DNA of 64,000 nt, from NCBI RefSeq assembly GCF_020085105.1, contig NC_058054.1, positions 6,995,595 to 7,059,594 on the forward strand. The letters are read 5' to 3'. Position 1 is the stretch's first letter. Every line of letters starts with the position of its first letter. This DNA comes from Siniperca chuatsi (lineage: Eukaryota). Shown piece after piece: positions 61,756 through 64,000 of the stretch. A program made the position numbers and the translations under genes. The notes under the pieces are model-generated. The model searched no databases. It had not been told where the DNA came from and saw nothing but the letters and a program-made list of their open reading frames with translations.

Positions 61756-63226
61756 GTAAGAACAGCGCTCTAAATGTTACCTTACTGTAATTATAACGTG
61801 TTTTAAATGTATAAACTTGTAGACACAGTGTTGTCATGACTTTTAAAGACGTTACCACGTGATTTATGTTATGTCTTTTAGACGTGCAAGATTGTAGAAA
61901 ACGTTTTAATGGGGATTCAGTGTCTGTAGTGTTCAGTTAGATCTTCTCGAAATCTGCTGAAATTACTTTTATTTTTCTTTTGACAATGAGCGTGATGAAA
62001 GAAATTAAGAAATATACATCACTGTAAATGTTAACAGCTGTCTGTAAGCGCTCAAAGTGACTCCAGCTGAGACACGAAGCATTGTTTGGTGGATGCAGGA
62101 TGTGCAGTAATTACAACACTAACTTGTCAAGAGTTTATGATAAATGAAGAGAATTCTCTCTATGGTGGAAAATAGTTGGACAAACCGTGCACACTCTTGT
62201 TAGGAAATGTTATTATCAGGTCTAATTTTACCTCTGGATCATGGGTTACACAAGAACTTGTTTTGATTGTGCAACAAGGACTGGAGGAAGACAATTAATA
62301 GATATGCTACTCTATACTGTAGTAAACTCTTACCCAAATGGTTCCCTGGGATATTTTTTCCTTTCTTATTACTTATGGGACTCTTCCTTTCCACTCCTCT
62401 GCAGTCCACTGATTTATGTAATGTAGCTGGAATGAAAAGTGCTGCGCAGGGGGTGGAAATCTGGCTTTCTGAAAGTCAAACAGATGAGGAGTCTTGTTTT
62501 AATCATTAGTCTCATTGTATCACTGGCATGGAGCTTGTGCTGGGGAATCATGGTTTACTTGCAGGCCTCGGCCGGTGTTCCCATTGCACAGAGGTGTGTG
62601 CAGCGAGTGCTGAATCACAGTGGATTTTATCATTTACCTCATTTAAGCTTATATATGTGGCTATTAAAGGGGTAATAAACAATATTGGTAATGTTCTGTA
62701 AAGCACATACTTACCTTAATATGCCTTTTGGATGGTTGATCAGGCTGTTGATCAATAGCAATGACTCTGCGATTATTTCACCAGATGCTCAGATTGTTTG
62801 TGCAAGTGCTCAGATGGAGCATGGTGCTATAAGAGCGAGAGAGAGACAGCAGCGAGCCAAGATTTGTTTCGCCCCAAAAATATTTGTTTGCCCTGGCAGT
62901 GTATGTTCGCCTCGATTTCACACCAGGGGAAGAAAATAACAAAAGCATTTAAATTCTAGAGGATTGTTTTCCTATGCTGACTTTTCAAAATCCAAACAAC
63001 GATTTCAAAATATTTCAATCCAAGTATGAACCCCAAAACAGAGGTTAGAGATTACTTGTCATTCAAATAGTGACTAAATTATCCATTTGCCACTGCACAT
63101 ATATATGTAAATTTAAAAAACAAAAACAAAAGGTGAGATGAGGGCACATTGCCAGGGAAAGCACCGTTTTATAAGGGACACAAATGTTGATGCAACAGTC
63201 CAGCTTGTCCAGCTTGACGGTTCACG

Positions 63227-63399
63227 CTTGACCTTGGAAACAGTCACTGAATCTGCTGAAGACTGTGTGATGAGGTCAAATGCTCCCAAACAAACGAGTA
63301 AGTGGACCTTGAGTTAAAACGGACGCATGGCATTGTATGTTGAATGTTTCTGACCTTGGAAACAGTAAAAAATAATCTTAACTCAAGGTCCACTTACAA
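63227..63399. repeat. MITE-like structure: direct repeat TGACCTTGGAAACAGT (63227, 63352) plus a 20-bp inverted repeat GTAAGTGGACCTTGAGTTAA / TTAACTCAAGGTCCACTTAC (63298-63318 and 63379-63399)
   Basis: Read directly from the sequence. Confidence 0.5.
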
Positions 63400-64000
63400 G
63401 CTCTTTTCTGGAGCTGTCAACCCACAGTCTTCATTAGTGAATGGAAATTGCTCAGCTGGGACAACTCCGGAAAAAGCTGTTAAGATTATTTTGCCAAACG
63501 ATCACAACGGTATTTAAAATCTTAATTTATTACCTGTTCTCTCAATGTCTGTGTTGGACCTGTAATTGGATCAATAATGTCCCATCACCTGTTTTTTTTT
63601 TACCTGAATTTTTTGCGATAACACAACAAATTAGAGGAAAAACACCTAACTATTAGAAAAAAGTTGTTTTCATACTTGAATGAATAAAAATATTCAAAAG
63701 ATTGATGGAAATGGAACCACTTCGCTTTTTTTCTGTCAGCATAAAGTGGCTCCACTTAAAGGAACAATTTGACATTTTGGGAAATAGGCTTATTTGCTTT
63801 CTTGCTGAGAAAAAGCTCTATACCACTCTCATATCTGTCCAGTAAATATACAGCTACACACAGCAGACAGTTAGCTTAGCATAAAGACTGGAAACAGGGG
63901 GAAACAGCTATCTAACGTCGCTCTGAATGCGCCTGGTATTTGTTCTTCAAGAAATAGTTACAGATAGTACGTAACTCCCTGTAAAACCACACATTGTGAT

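Overview
This window reads as vertebrate nuclear DNA, most likely teleost fish. It is intron-rich with GT-AG splice sites and carries Tc1-like, L2/CR1-like LINE, hAT, Penelope-like and MITE debris plus CA and GA microsatellites. No prokaryotic features are present (no CRISPR, no operon-like ORF packing). Five gene-level units can be supported.

(1) Positions 495-2949 (+) hold the 3' part of an apolipoprotein-L (ApoL)-like gene, called paralog A here. Its ApoL domain lies in one uninterrupted terminal exon, and the gene continues upstream of the window.

(2) Positions 9748-25977 (+) hold a second, much larger ApoL-like gene, paralog B, with about 32 coding exons. Its N-terminal half is an array of about 20 tandemly duplicated phase-0 mini-exons. 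These encode two alternating motifs, an acidic Ser-rich one (..ELSASNDSLSE..NTK) and a basic amphipathic one (EKKGGLFSGLLKKTPKP..). The array is followed by a canonical ApoL membrane-insertion domain. A purine-rich open tail of about 480 codons, K/E-rich then R/S/E/D-rich, ends the gene.

(3) Positions 36845-43181 (+) hold a small six-exon gene for a secreted protein with a DOMON/reeler-like domain. It has a signal peptide, N-glycosylation sites and a hydrophobic C-terminus typical of a GPI anchor. A LINE fragment and a Tc1 fragment sit in its introns.

(4) Positions 45594-51909 (-) hold hnrnpc, with seven coding exons giving an RRM plus the conserved C-terminal leucine-zipper-like and acidic regions. 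A probable non-coding first exon and promoter lie near 56.1-56.4 kb. A hAT element with a perfect 8-bp target-site duplication sits in its first coding-region intron.

(5) A GC-rich candidate first exon of an unidentified + strand gene lies near 61.6-61.76 kb.

The most notable feature is the architecture of ApoL-like paralog B: a mini-exon repeat array, the ApoL domain and a low-complexity tail in one gene. A precise intron presence/absence difference separates the two tandem paralogs. All coordinates come from reading splice motifs and reading frames by eye, with no transcript evidence, so exon boundaries may be off by a few bases.
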